From Thermoproteus tenax Kra 1 (GTDB lineage Archaea; Thermoproteota; Thermoprotei; Thermoproteales; Thermoproteaceae), in contig NC_016070.1 of assembly GCF_000253055.1 (NCBI RefSeq), positions 1,020,001 to 1,052,000 of the forward strand: DNA of 32,000 nucleotides, given 5' to 3'. Within the stretch, counting starts at the first letter, position 1, and every line of letters starts with the position of its first letter. The translations under genes were made by a program, and so were the position numbers. Under the pieces are notes generated by a model. It ran no database searches and had not been told where the DNA came from. It saw nothing but the letters and a program-made list of their open reading frames with translations. Below, one piece after another: positions 7,270 through 14,893 of the stretch.

Positions 7270-7707
7270 ATGCCTCGGCAATATGCGCGCCTCGCCGTAG
7301 ACAGAGAGCTCGCCGACGAGTTCCACCGCGGAGTTAAAAGCCTCGGCAGAAAGCCGAGCGAGGTGTTGGAGCACCTCCTGAAGGCGGCGGTTGACGCCAT
7401 AGAGCACGGAATTGATCCAATAGACATGATACACATATGCCGCCTGGCGAGAAGCCTAGGGCTGGGGCGCGGGGGCTACGAAGTCGGCAGAGAGGCCGGC
7501 ATCCTCCTCCGGGCCTACTACAGACCTGAGGAGCTCCTCGAGATACTGACGAGGATCGGGCCGAAGATCCTCCACACCAATAGGGTCGGACCGCGCGCCT
7601 TCCGCGTGAGCGATCCCATTGCCAGAGATACTGTGAGGGGGATATTGGAGGGCATGGGCTACAGAGCCGCCGCCGACGAGGACATAATAACCATAGAGAC
7701 CGCGTAG
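7270..7707 (+). CDS. Ribbon-helix-helix N-terminal domain protein, tandem paralog 2
   Basis: ATG 7270 is preferred over the track's TTG 7264. YARLAVDRELADEFHRGVKSLGRKPSEVLEHLLKAAVDAI fits the RHH pattern. A CATTATAAC box lies about 25 nt upstream. Confidence 0.55.
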   Translation: MPRQYARLAVDRELADEFHRGVKSLGRKPSEVLEHLLKAAVDAIEHGIDPIDMIHICRLARSLGLGRGGYEVGREAGILLRAYYRPEELLEILTRIGPKILHTNRVGPRAFRVSDPIARDTVRGILEGMGYRAAADEDIITIETA

Positions 7708-8266
7708 ATGTTGTAGCAGGTAGCGCCCCGTAAATCGCCGGAGTCTTGCGGCGCTTTCCGCCGAAGCGGCCACAGCGCCGTCGGCCCTCACAGAGAGGTC
7801 TATCCAAGCCCCTGCGGCGCCCTCCGATATTACGCTGGATTTGACGACATCGCAACATAAACATCGTTGATCCAACGGCATGGGTGAATATCGCGGAGGT
7901 GGGATATGGCCGGCGTCCATCACTATAGGGGACTCCACAGACGCCAACGCCGACAGCTGAGGCGGCGCTTAAGTCCATCGTGAACAAGGGACCGACAGTG
8001 CACGCGCTAGGAGCTCCACCGGAGGCATTGTATGGGCGGAGCCGCCGTACCAATCCTATCTGCGAAGGGGATTTCGGCGATGAGCGACGGCGGTTTTTAC
8101 AAAATGTCGCCCCCTACACAACGGCCGCCGCGCTGGCGATAAGCTACAGCCCAAGGCTGTTGGGAGAGCCGCCATAGTACATAATCACGGCGAAGTTTTT
8201 GCTCAATCCGAGGGCTTTATGCAAACTATTGTATATTAAAAATTGTTCTTATAGGTTAAGAGAAGT

Positions 8267-8611
8267 CTAGACGCAGCCCGTCGGCTTCGGCGCTCCTGCC
8301 ACCTTACAGGCGCCGTTGGCAGGCCCCGAGGGAAACAGCTGGTAGATCTTATCGAGGGTGAACCCCGTCTCCTTCAACAACATCTTTATAGGCGGACACA
8401 CGCCGTAGGTCTCCCAATACTCTCTAAGGTACTTAACCACCTTCCAGTGCTCCTCTGTCATCCTCTGTATGCCCTCGAGCTCGCGCGCCATCCACTCGGC
8501 AACTTTTTCGTTCCATGCCTCTGGGTTTGACAGGAAACATTCTTCGTCTAATACTACTGTTACATCGTCTACTTTATACTCCCCTGGACATTTCACCGGC
8601 ATAGCGTTCAT
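8267..8611 (-). CDS. dsrC: DsrC (dissimilatory sulfite reductase gamma subunit / TusE family)
   Basis: The ORF is 114 aa. Its C-terminal arm, GACKVAGAPKPTGCV, has the penultimate Cys and a second Cys 10 residues upstream, which is the DsrC signature. It lies downstream of dsrAB. Confidence 0.9.
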   Translation of the reverse strand: MNAMPVKCPGEYKVDDVTVVLDEECFLSNPEAWNEKVAEWMARELEGIQRMTEEHWKVVKYLREYWETYGVCPPIKMLLKETGFTLDKIYQLFPSGPANGACKVAGAPKPTGCV

Positions 8612-8638
8612 TACGTATGAAATAAAAAATCTAATTAC

Positions 8639-9034
8639 TCAAATCTGAGAAATTGTATAGCCGCCGCCCAAGAGATCGTGTAGTCTCTCCTGCAGTATCG
8701 CATAAGCTATGCGGTCCCAGTGGAACATGGCGTCCCCCAGCGGTATCTCAACGCGGAGGAGCGGCAGATAGCCTCCCTCCGTGGGGATGAGCAGGAGCAA
8801 AAACTTGGTCTTTCTGCCCACCCACGGTATATCCTCTGCGGCGAACTCTATCGCGGCCTCTTTCTCTCCCTGTATCTTCACTCCGTACCATATAAAACTG
8901 AGCGTATATGAGGAGGGGGATAGGTCTGAAACTATGTACATCTTAAGTTGGGGGATATGGAAAAACTCTCTGTTTTCAGCCTGATAGGCGAGGAAGAAGG
9001 GCAGTGTCCCAGGCGGTATCTCCCTATGGCGCAT
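8639..9034 (-). CDS. Hypothetical protein (orf131) between dsrB and dsrC
   Basis: The ORF is 131 aa, with ATG 9034..9032 overlapping the dsrB 3' end by 11 nt. It has no Cys, no obvious TM segment and no motif I recognise. Its codon and composition style matches the neighbouring dsr genes. Confidence 0.5.
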   Translation of the reverse strand: MRHREIPPGTLPFFLAYQAENREFFHIPQLKMYIVSDLSPSSYTLSFIWYGVKIQGEKEAAIEFAAEDIPWVGRKTKFLLLLIPTEGGYLPLLRVEIPLGDAMFHWDRIAYAILQERLHDLLGGGYTISQI

Positions 9035-10160
9035 CTCTGAATCCTTTGAATATGACCTCTCCTCTGGCTCTGTATGTCAGATAGGTTCTTGCGGCATCCG
9101 GCCACCATAGATACTGGGCCGCCATCTTCGGCACGCCCACTAAGTCGACGAACTTTGGCCAGCCTATTCTTTCGACGAAGTCTGCAAGCCTCTCTCCAGG
9201 TTTGGCATATGTCTTCCAGACGTCGACAACCTTTTTCACCACCGCCACTATTTCCTCATATCTCGGCGGATTTGCGGGAATCCACGGTATGAGCACTCTG
9301 GCCAGCCTGGGCCCAACGCCTGTGTTCGCCATCTTGCCGCCCACCAATATGGCCGCGCCTACGTCCTTCGGGTCGTAGTCAAAAGCGTCGCAGTTGTCCT
9401 TACAACGGCCGCAGTTGATGCACTTCTCGCCCACTAGTACAAGCTTTACTTTATCCCCCTCCCTCCTCAGCGACAGCGCGCCAGTTGGACACACTTGCAC
9501 TAGGAAAACTTGGCTCTCCGGTATTTTAGCGAGGGCTTTCGGGGGCGGCATACACAGCGGCAGCGCCTCCTCTCTTATCTTCGGCGGAGCGCCCCACATG
9601 CCGACTATAGCTATGTCGATGGCGGTGCCGCCCGCGCAACCCGAGGGGCAGCCGGACACAAAGATCCTCAGCTTTGCTGGAAGCCTCTCCTCGCCCGTGA
9701 AGTAGGGCTTGAGGGCGTCTCCAAGCGCTTTGCCGATGCTCGGCGCATCTATCACTGCGATTTGACATGTGAGAAACGCAGTACATGTGTTGATGCCCCA
9801 CAACGCCCCTCCCCAGCCTCCCACTGGGAAGCCCAACCTCTCTACCTCCTCTTTGATCTTCAGCGCTTTCTCGAGCGAGTCCGTGATAAACTCGACGTTG
9901 CCCGCTATAGTTATACGCAGAGCGCCCACGCCCAGTTTGTCGGCGATGTCGGCGAACTTCTCCAACGTGTCCACGCTGACTCTGGCGTTGGGCGGCAGAG
10001 CCGCCTTCACAGTGAACACTCTCTCGCCCATCTCAGAGACGTGCTCTATAATGCCGGGGCCATGGAACCTCCTCTCTTTCCACTTGCCGTAGTTCCGCTT
10101 GACTATATCCGGCAGGAATCTGTCAAGCTCGTTGGGTATGTTCAACTGTATGGCGCTCAT
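9024..10160 (-). CDS. dsrB: Dissimilatory sulfite reductase beta subunit
   Basis: The ORF is 378 aa. It has the siroheme/[4Fe-4S] motifs CTAFLTC (Cx5C) and CPSGC (Cx3C), and a ferredoxin insert CINCGRCKDNC. It overlaps dsrA by 4 nt. Confidence 0.9.
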   Translation of the reverse strand: MSAIQLNIPNELDRFLPDIVKRNYGKWKERRFHGPGIIEHVSEMGERVFTVKAALPPNARVSVDTLEKFADIADKLGVGALRITIAGNVEFITDSLEKALKIKEEVERLGFPVGGWGGALWGINTCTAFLTCQIAVIDAPSIGKALGDALKPYFTGEERLPAKLRIFVSGCPSGCAGGTAIDIAIVGMWGAPPKIREEALPLCMPPPKALAKIPESQVFLVQVCPTGALSLRREGDKVKLVLVGEKCINCGRCKDNCDAFDYDPKDVGAAILVGGKMANTGVGPRLARVLIPWIPANPPRYEEIVAVVKKVVDVWKTYAKPGERLADFVERIGWPKFVDLVGVPKMAAQYLWWPDAARTYLTYRARGEVIFKGFRDAP

Positions 10161-11395
10161 ATCCCCACCTCCCGTCTTAACTCCTCTGCGAACTGGGCAT
10201 ATTTCTTACGCTCCTCCTCAGGCAAGACGCGGTAGGGCACATTGTCCGGCACTTTCTCAATAAGCCTCGGGGTGTCCTCCAGCTGTATACCTGCCTTCTC
10301 TATGAATTGGTAGAGCCCGGCCATTAGGATGTAGTCGCCCAGGCGCACTTTGGCCTGCGCCTCTTTATCCCACGGCTCAATAATCTTGAACGCCAGCTCG
10401 ATACCCTTCTGCGCCTCGTCGGGCTTCAGATAGCCCACGAACCAGCCGAGCTTGGGGCCGTACCTCCCCTTCGACCCGCCGCCTACTACTACAGCCACAC
10501 GCCTCTCTCTACCTGGCTTGATGGCCGGGTACGCCCTCCTGATACAGTACATACACTTCTTGCACCTAGAGCCGTCTATCCTCAGCTCCTTCTTTTCGGC
10601 GTCCCAACTTATGGCCCCGCCGGCGCATTTAGAGACGAGGTCGTTGGGGTCCACCTCGCCGGCCTCTATCTTCCTCCTCAGAAGTTCTTGGTCCACCTCG
10701 GGGGCGCCCTTCCAGGTCCCAATGAAGCCGAGGTCCGCTCTGTTGGCTCTGCCGCAGTCCATGGGGCACCCCGAGAATTTAATCTTGAACTTGTAGGGGA
10801 ACCCCGGCACTGCGATTGCGTCTTGGATCTTCTTGTCTTTTCTAAACTCCGTGAACCACTTCAGAGTGTCGTAGAGCGCGAACTCGCAGAGGGCAGGTCC
10901 CACGCACGTATTCAGCTCTCTAATGGCGTCGCCGCTACCGCCTACGTCTGTGCCGATCTGCCTCAACGCCTCAATCATGGCGTCGCCCACCTCTTTGCTC
11001 TTCACGTTAATCACCATGGCGCCCGTCTGGCCCACAACCTCTACCAAGCCGATCCCGTACTCTCTGGCCACCTTTATAATCCCCCTCAAATAGCTCGTCG
11101 GCAGAAACCTCCCAGGCGTGTGGAAGACTCTGAAGTGCACCTCCTCTCCGCCCTTCGGCACCCAATCTCTGGCGATCCTCGCCAATACTCCCGTTAGGCG
11201 CTTCGTCTTTACTACACTGGGCCCCCACGGGCTCTTTCTGGCGACTAGGCCAACGCCGTATACGTGGAGCGGATAGCCCGTCTTCCTCATCTCCGCCACG
11301 TGGCTCGGCCACGGCCCTTTCTCCAGCTCCTTTAGGTATTGATCGGCCATCTCGAGCAGTTTGTCCGGCGGCGGCAGATTTGGGGGCGCAGCCAT
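10157..11395 (-). CDS. dsrA: Dissimilatory sulfite reductase alpha subunit
   Basis: The ORF is 412 aa. It has CVGPALC (Cx5C), CPMDC (Cx3C) and the ferredoxin-like CKKCMYC. Pairing with dsrB and dsrC supports the call. Confidence 0.9.
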   Translation of the reverse strand: MAAPPNLPPPDKLLEMADQYLKELEKGPWPSHVAEMRKTGYPLHVYGVGLVARKSPWGPSVVKTKRLTGVLARIARDWVPKGGEEVHFRVFHTPGRFLPTSYLRGIIKVAREYGIGLVEVVGQTGAMVINVKSKEVGDAMIEALRQIGTDVGGSGDAIRELNTCVGPALCEFALYDTLKWFTEFRKDKKIQDAIAVPGFPYKFKIKFSGCPMDCGRANRADLGFIGTWKGAPEVDQELLRRKIEAGEVDPNDLVSKCAGGAISWDAEKKELRIDGSRCKKCMYCIRRAYPAIKPGRERRVAVVVGGGSKGRYGPKLGWFVGYLKPDEAQKGIELAFKIIEPWDKEAQAKVRLGDYILMAGLYQFIEKAGIQLEDTPRLIEKVPDNVPYRVLPEEERKKYAQFAEELRREVGI

Positions 11396-11431
11396 GTGGG
11401 AAAGCGTCCAGTATTTGATAAGCCTTATTAC

Positions 11432-12199
11432 TTATTTCAAAGTAACTTCGCTCCCAGATACTTTATATGGCGGAGACGTAATTGTGGGCTCAAAGAATAT
11501 TGTAAATGGGTGTATCATTTTTCCAAATGGGACGTATATCATTAACACCTCTGCGAGGAATATGTGCAATTTCAGCAACGGCTCCGCTTTAGCTATGGCC
11601 TCCAACGCCGCGGGTATGTTACCCGTCAGCAGATTTCTCAGCCACGGGCCGACCGTCGCTTCGTAGTTCGGGTGTATGAAGGCGGTGTTGACCAGTCCCA
11701 AAAGCACTATCGCCGTTATCAAGGACAGCGCGAACCAATCGTCGGCGAAGGTGAAGATTTTTACTACGGGCTTCGTCAGCCGCCTGGCCCAGAGCAGGCA
11801 CAGCCCTGCGGTTGCCATAGCGCCGAATAGAGTCCCCAGGCCTATGGCCAACATTTCCCTGGTCGCCGGGGCTATGCCTACTGCCGCAAGCTGCTCTGGG
11901 GTGAGGAAGAGGTCGGTGTGGCCTAGGAAGAGGGCCAGGAAGATGCCCCAGTGGAGAAGCAACGCGCCCCAGTAGAGTAGCCTATCGTTGGTATATCTCA
12001 GCGTATAAAATGTCAATATACGTTTTAATACCTCTCTAGTTCTAGCCCCTGCGCTCCAGTTGTAGGAGACTACCGCCACGGAGGCCAGGGAGGTTAGCCT
12101 CCGCGGCGAAATCCAAGCGGCTATCTTCATCAAAACTCCCACGATGAGCACCGCTAGGGCGAAATAGGGAATGCCTACGAACAATACGGCGTCCAACAT
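11432..12199 (-). CDS. dsrM: DsrM-like membrane di-haem b protein (NarI family)
   Basis: The ORF is 255 aa and polytopic. It has His-containing helices (LLLHWGIFLALFLGHTD) typical of the NarI/HmeC/DsrM family. It lies directly upstream of dsrA on the same strand. Confidence 0.75.
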   Translation of the reverse strand: MLDAVLFVGIPYFALAVLIVGVLMKIAAWISPRRLTSLASVAVVSYNWSAGARTREVLKRILTFYTLRYTNDRLLYWGALLLHWGIFLALFLGHTDLFLTPEQLAAVGIAPATREMLAIGLGTLFGAMATAGLCLLWARRLTKPVVKIFTFADDWFALSLITAIVLLGLVNTAFIHPNYEATVGPWLRNLLTGNIPAALEAIAKAEPLLKLHIFLAEVLMIYVPFGKMIHPFTIFFEPTITSPPYKVSGSEVTLK

Positions 12200-12379
12200 G
12201 CGATATCTCTATACGCTTATTTTATTATTCTTGTTTTCCACTTTTGAGTAACAAAATGGATTAGACGACCGCGCCTCGCCCGAGGGGGCTATGCTTTCAA
12301 TTGTGGTCGCCTTTGCCTTGAGGGGAAATTTCTCATAGTTGAATAAGAAGAAAAATAACATTTGATACAGTGCCGGTTG
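12200..12379. promoter_or_regulatory. Divergent dsrM / dsrK promoter region
   Basis: This is an AT-rich 180-bp spacer. An AAAAATAA box (12351-12358) sits about 25 nt upstream of dsrK ATG 12380. An AATAAAATAA box on the minus strand (about 12217-12230) sits 20-30 nt upstream of dsrM ATG 12199. Confidence 0.45.
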
Positions 12380-13795
12380 ATGCATGTAGCGGAGTTCAAG
12401 CTGGGGGATACTTCGGCTATCAAGCCTCTCAAAGCCCCGGAGTCTTTGGTCAAAAAGCTCCACGAGCGCGTCGGGCTCAAAATCCCTGAAGATAAATATA
12501 AATATTTCCTCGATAGACTTAGAGAGGAGTATAGGAAAAATAGAAACATTAAAATCGCAGTGGATACATGCGTACACTGTGGCGCATGCATTGATGCTTG
12601 TCCAACTTATTTGACCACAAAAGATCCAAAGAACTCCCCAGTGGGACGCGCCGAGCTTATCAGGCGCGTATTGAAGAGGGGCTCTGTTACAGACGCCGAC
12701 CTTGATGAGATCTACACCTACTACTGGCAGTGTCTAACATGTAGGAGGTGCGGCTACGTCTGTCCCTTCGGCATAGATCAAGCGGATATCACTAGGTTTG
12801 TCCGCGGCGTATTATATGAGATCGGGATGGTGAGCAGATATGCGGCTATGACGATAGACGCCCACGAGACTAGCGGCAACGCTATGAAAATAACGCCGGC
12901 GGCTGCAGTCAATATATTGAACTACTTCGCAGAAGAGATAAAGGCCGAGAAAGGCGTCGAGGTTACTTACTATGTATACCGCCACGACCAGAAGAAGATG
13001 ATAAAGTTTGTCGGCAAAAACGCAGTGGGCGAAATACCTAGAGACAGCCCCGAGTGGCCCGAAGCGGTCCTTTTCCCCTCCTCTGCAGACCTCTTCCTCA
13101 ACACAGAGACTCTCAAAGGCTATCTCACATTCCTAAACGCTGTAAAAATAAGATTTGCCGTCCACACCGGATGTACTGAGGTGGCGAACTTCGGGCTATG
13201 GACTCACGAGAAACACATGGAGTACATCGGCAACATATACTGCAACGCCGCGAAAGAGCTCGGAGCAAAATATGCGATATTCGGCGAGTGCGGACACGGC
13301 TGGAGGGCGTTTAAAAACGTAGTGGCTCCGAGGCTTGAGAAGGAGGGCATCAAGGTCTACCATATACACCATCTCGTTGTCAAGGCTATTAAGGAGGGCA
13401 AAATAAAGCTGGATCCTGAGGCCAACGGAGATAAAGTGTATATGTACCAGGATCCATGTCAGTATAGCAGAGGCGGCGACCTCTACGAGGAGCCGCGGTT
13501 TATTATAAGCCGCGTAGTAAAGAGGTGGGTCGAGTGTCCGCAGAACCGCCAGCTCAACTGGTGTTGCGGCGGCCAGGCGGGCATGCTTGCGGACGAGATG
13601 AAGCCTCTGAGGCTCCAGTACGCAAGGCTGTGGTACGAGTGCGCTATAAACGCAGGCGCAGAGCACGTGGTAAGACCTTGCTCAATGTGCAAGGGAACTC
13701 TCAATTCTATTATAGGAGATCTCAATAAGATATACAGGCGCAATTTGACGTATGGAGGACTAATGGACCTAGTATACAGAGCCTTGGTGCTCTAG
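12380..13795 (+). CDS. dsrK: DsrK-like iron-sulfur protein (HdrD family, CCG domains)
   Basis: It has two ferredoxin motifs, CVHCGACIDACP and CLTCRRCGYVCP, and C-terminal CCG-type motifs (NWCCGGQAG, PCSMCKG). ATG 12380 is preferred over the track's TTG 12362. Confidence 0.8.
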   Translation: MHVAEFKLGDTSAIKPLKAPESLVKKLHERVGLKIPEDKYKYFLDRLREEYRKNRNIKIAVDTCVHCGACIDACPTYLTTKDPKNSPVGRAELIRRVLKRGSVTDADLDEIYTYYWQCLTCRRCGYVCPFGIDQADITRFVRGVLYEIGMVSRYAAMTIDAHETSGNAMKITPAAAVNILNYFAEEIKAEKGVEVTYYVYRHDQKKMIKFVGKNAVGEIPRDSPEWPEAVLFPSSADLFLNTETLKGYLTFLNAVKIRFAVHTGCTEVANFGLWTHEKHMEYIGNIYCNAAKELGAKYAIFGECGHGWRAFKNVVAPRLEKEGIKVYHIHHLVVKAIKEGKIKLDPEANGDKVYMYQDPCQYSRGGDLYEEPRFIISRVVKRWVECPQNRQLNWCCGGQAGMLADEMKPLRLQYARLWYECAINAGAEHVVRPCSMCKGTLNSIIGDLNKIYRRNLTYGGLMDLVYRALVL

Positions 13796-13884
13796 TATAC
13801 ACTCTGTTCACAAAAACTAATATTTGTTCCAGTTCCGATATTACGCAAGAACAAGGCATTTATTACAATTGATCGTTCCTACAT

Positions 13885-14457
13885 ATGGCTTACGAACTAG
13901 ACTTTTACGCCGCCAAAATACTCGAGATAATAGCAGACGAGGAGGTCAGAGGGGCGCACGGGATTACCCCCTACCAAATTATGCGCAGGCTGGAGGCGTA
14001 CCCCTCCTTCCTATACAAAAACGTGAAAAATCTAGAGAGGCGGGGGCTTATAGCGTGCACCAGAGGCTCTCGGGGGAGGCTCTGTTCCGTCACTATCAGT
14101 GGCCTACTCGCCTATCTTAAAAACGGCGGAGACCCGGACAAATACGTGCGGCTCTTCTTTAGAAAACTCGGTTTCGAGAGCCTGCCGGTCGCTCCAGATG
14201 AGGCGAAGAATATCTTGCGCCTGCTCGTTAACGACTCGGCGATCCCCAGAGATTTAAACGACCTGTTCACCTGGGCTCTACTATACTGTAAATACTATTT
14301 TGTAACAAAGTTCCTCAGGGCCCTCTCGACACTGTTGGATATTAGGGTCGTAGTTACGCCCCAGAGGGTGTATGTGAAGAGGGGGAATATAGAGGTGTGT
14401 TCGTGCGAAAAACGTAGCTGCGACGAGTGCAGAGTTAGGGCTCTGCTAAATTCCTGA
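13885..14457 (+). CDS. Winged-helix-type DNA-binding protein, paralog 2, with a C-terminal Cys cluster
   Basis: The ORF is 190 aa. The HTH region is ITPYQIMRRLEAYPSFLYKNVKNLERRGLI and the C-terminus is EVCSCEKRSCDECR. A TTTATTAC box lies about 23 nt upstream of the ATG. Confidence 0.6.
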   Translation: MAYELDFYAAKILEIIADEEVRGAHGITPYQIMRRLEAYPSFLYKNVKNLERRGLIACTRGSRGRLCSVTISGLLAYLKNGGDPDKYVRLFFRKLGFESLPVAPDEAKNILRLLVNDSAIPRDLNDLFTWALLYCKYYFVTKFLRALSTLLDIRVVVTPQRVYVKRGNIEVCSCEKRSCDECRVRALLNS

Positions 14458-14893
14458 CCTCTTTTCCAACGGCTCTAGCTATTAGCAATAGGTAATAGAT
14501 GCCTCTCCTCGTATCCTCGTCCCTCAGAAGCCCCAGGATGTCCGATATTCCCACCCTCTTTTTCATGCCCCTCTCTATCTCAGGGTCGGCTATAGCGTTG
14601 ACGAGCGCCATGAGGTGCTGCGAGCGGGTGAGGGTATCTAACGCCGTGCCCAACAGCCGCACGGCCCGGCCTATCTCCTCCACTATCTCGTCGGTTACTA
14701 TATCGTGGAGCATCTTGATAGTAGCCGCGAGCTCGACCAACGTGTCGAGCGTCCCGCTCCTCACGAGGAACTCGAGCGCGGCTTTTGCTCTGGCGTCTAC
14801 CTCCTCCTGGGAAATTGGAGGGACCGCCCCCTTGATCTCCTCGGTGGCGTGCCATCTGCGGCGGATCTCCGCGTCCCTCTGTGGCGCCGTCAT
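14435..14893 (-). CDS. DUF1641-like protein coupled to the flavoprotein upstream
   Basis: The start is taken as ATG 14893..14891 (MTAPQRDAE...), overlapping the upstream stop as ATGA. It is a helical protein of 152 aa (LEFLVRSGTLDTLVELAATIKMLHDIV...LMALVNAI). The DUF1641 assignment is from memory of that family's association with NDH-2/SQR-like and FDH-like genes. Confidence 0.55.
   Translation of the reverse strand: MTAPQRDAEIRRRWHATEEIKGAVPPISQEEVDARAKAALEFLVRSGTLDTLVELAATIKMLHDIVTDEIVEEIGRAVRLLGTALDTLTRSQHLMALVNAIADPEIERGMKKRVGISDILGLLRDEDTRRGIYYLLLIARAVGKEVRNLAEP

Noticed and set aside
7334-8053. Minus-strand ORFs 7334..8053 and 7456..7947.
   Set aside because: Their larger parts overlap the RHH gene 7270..7707 antisense. 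The sequences are Arg/Gly/Pro/Ser-rich, with no motif or promoter geometry.
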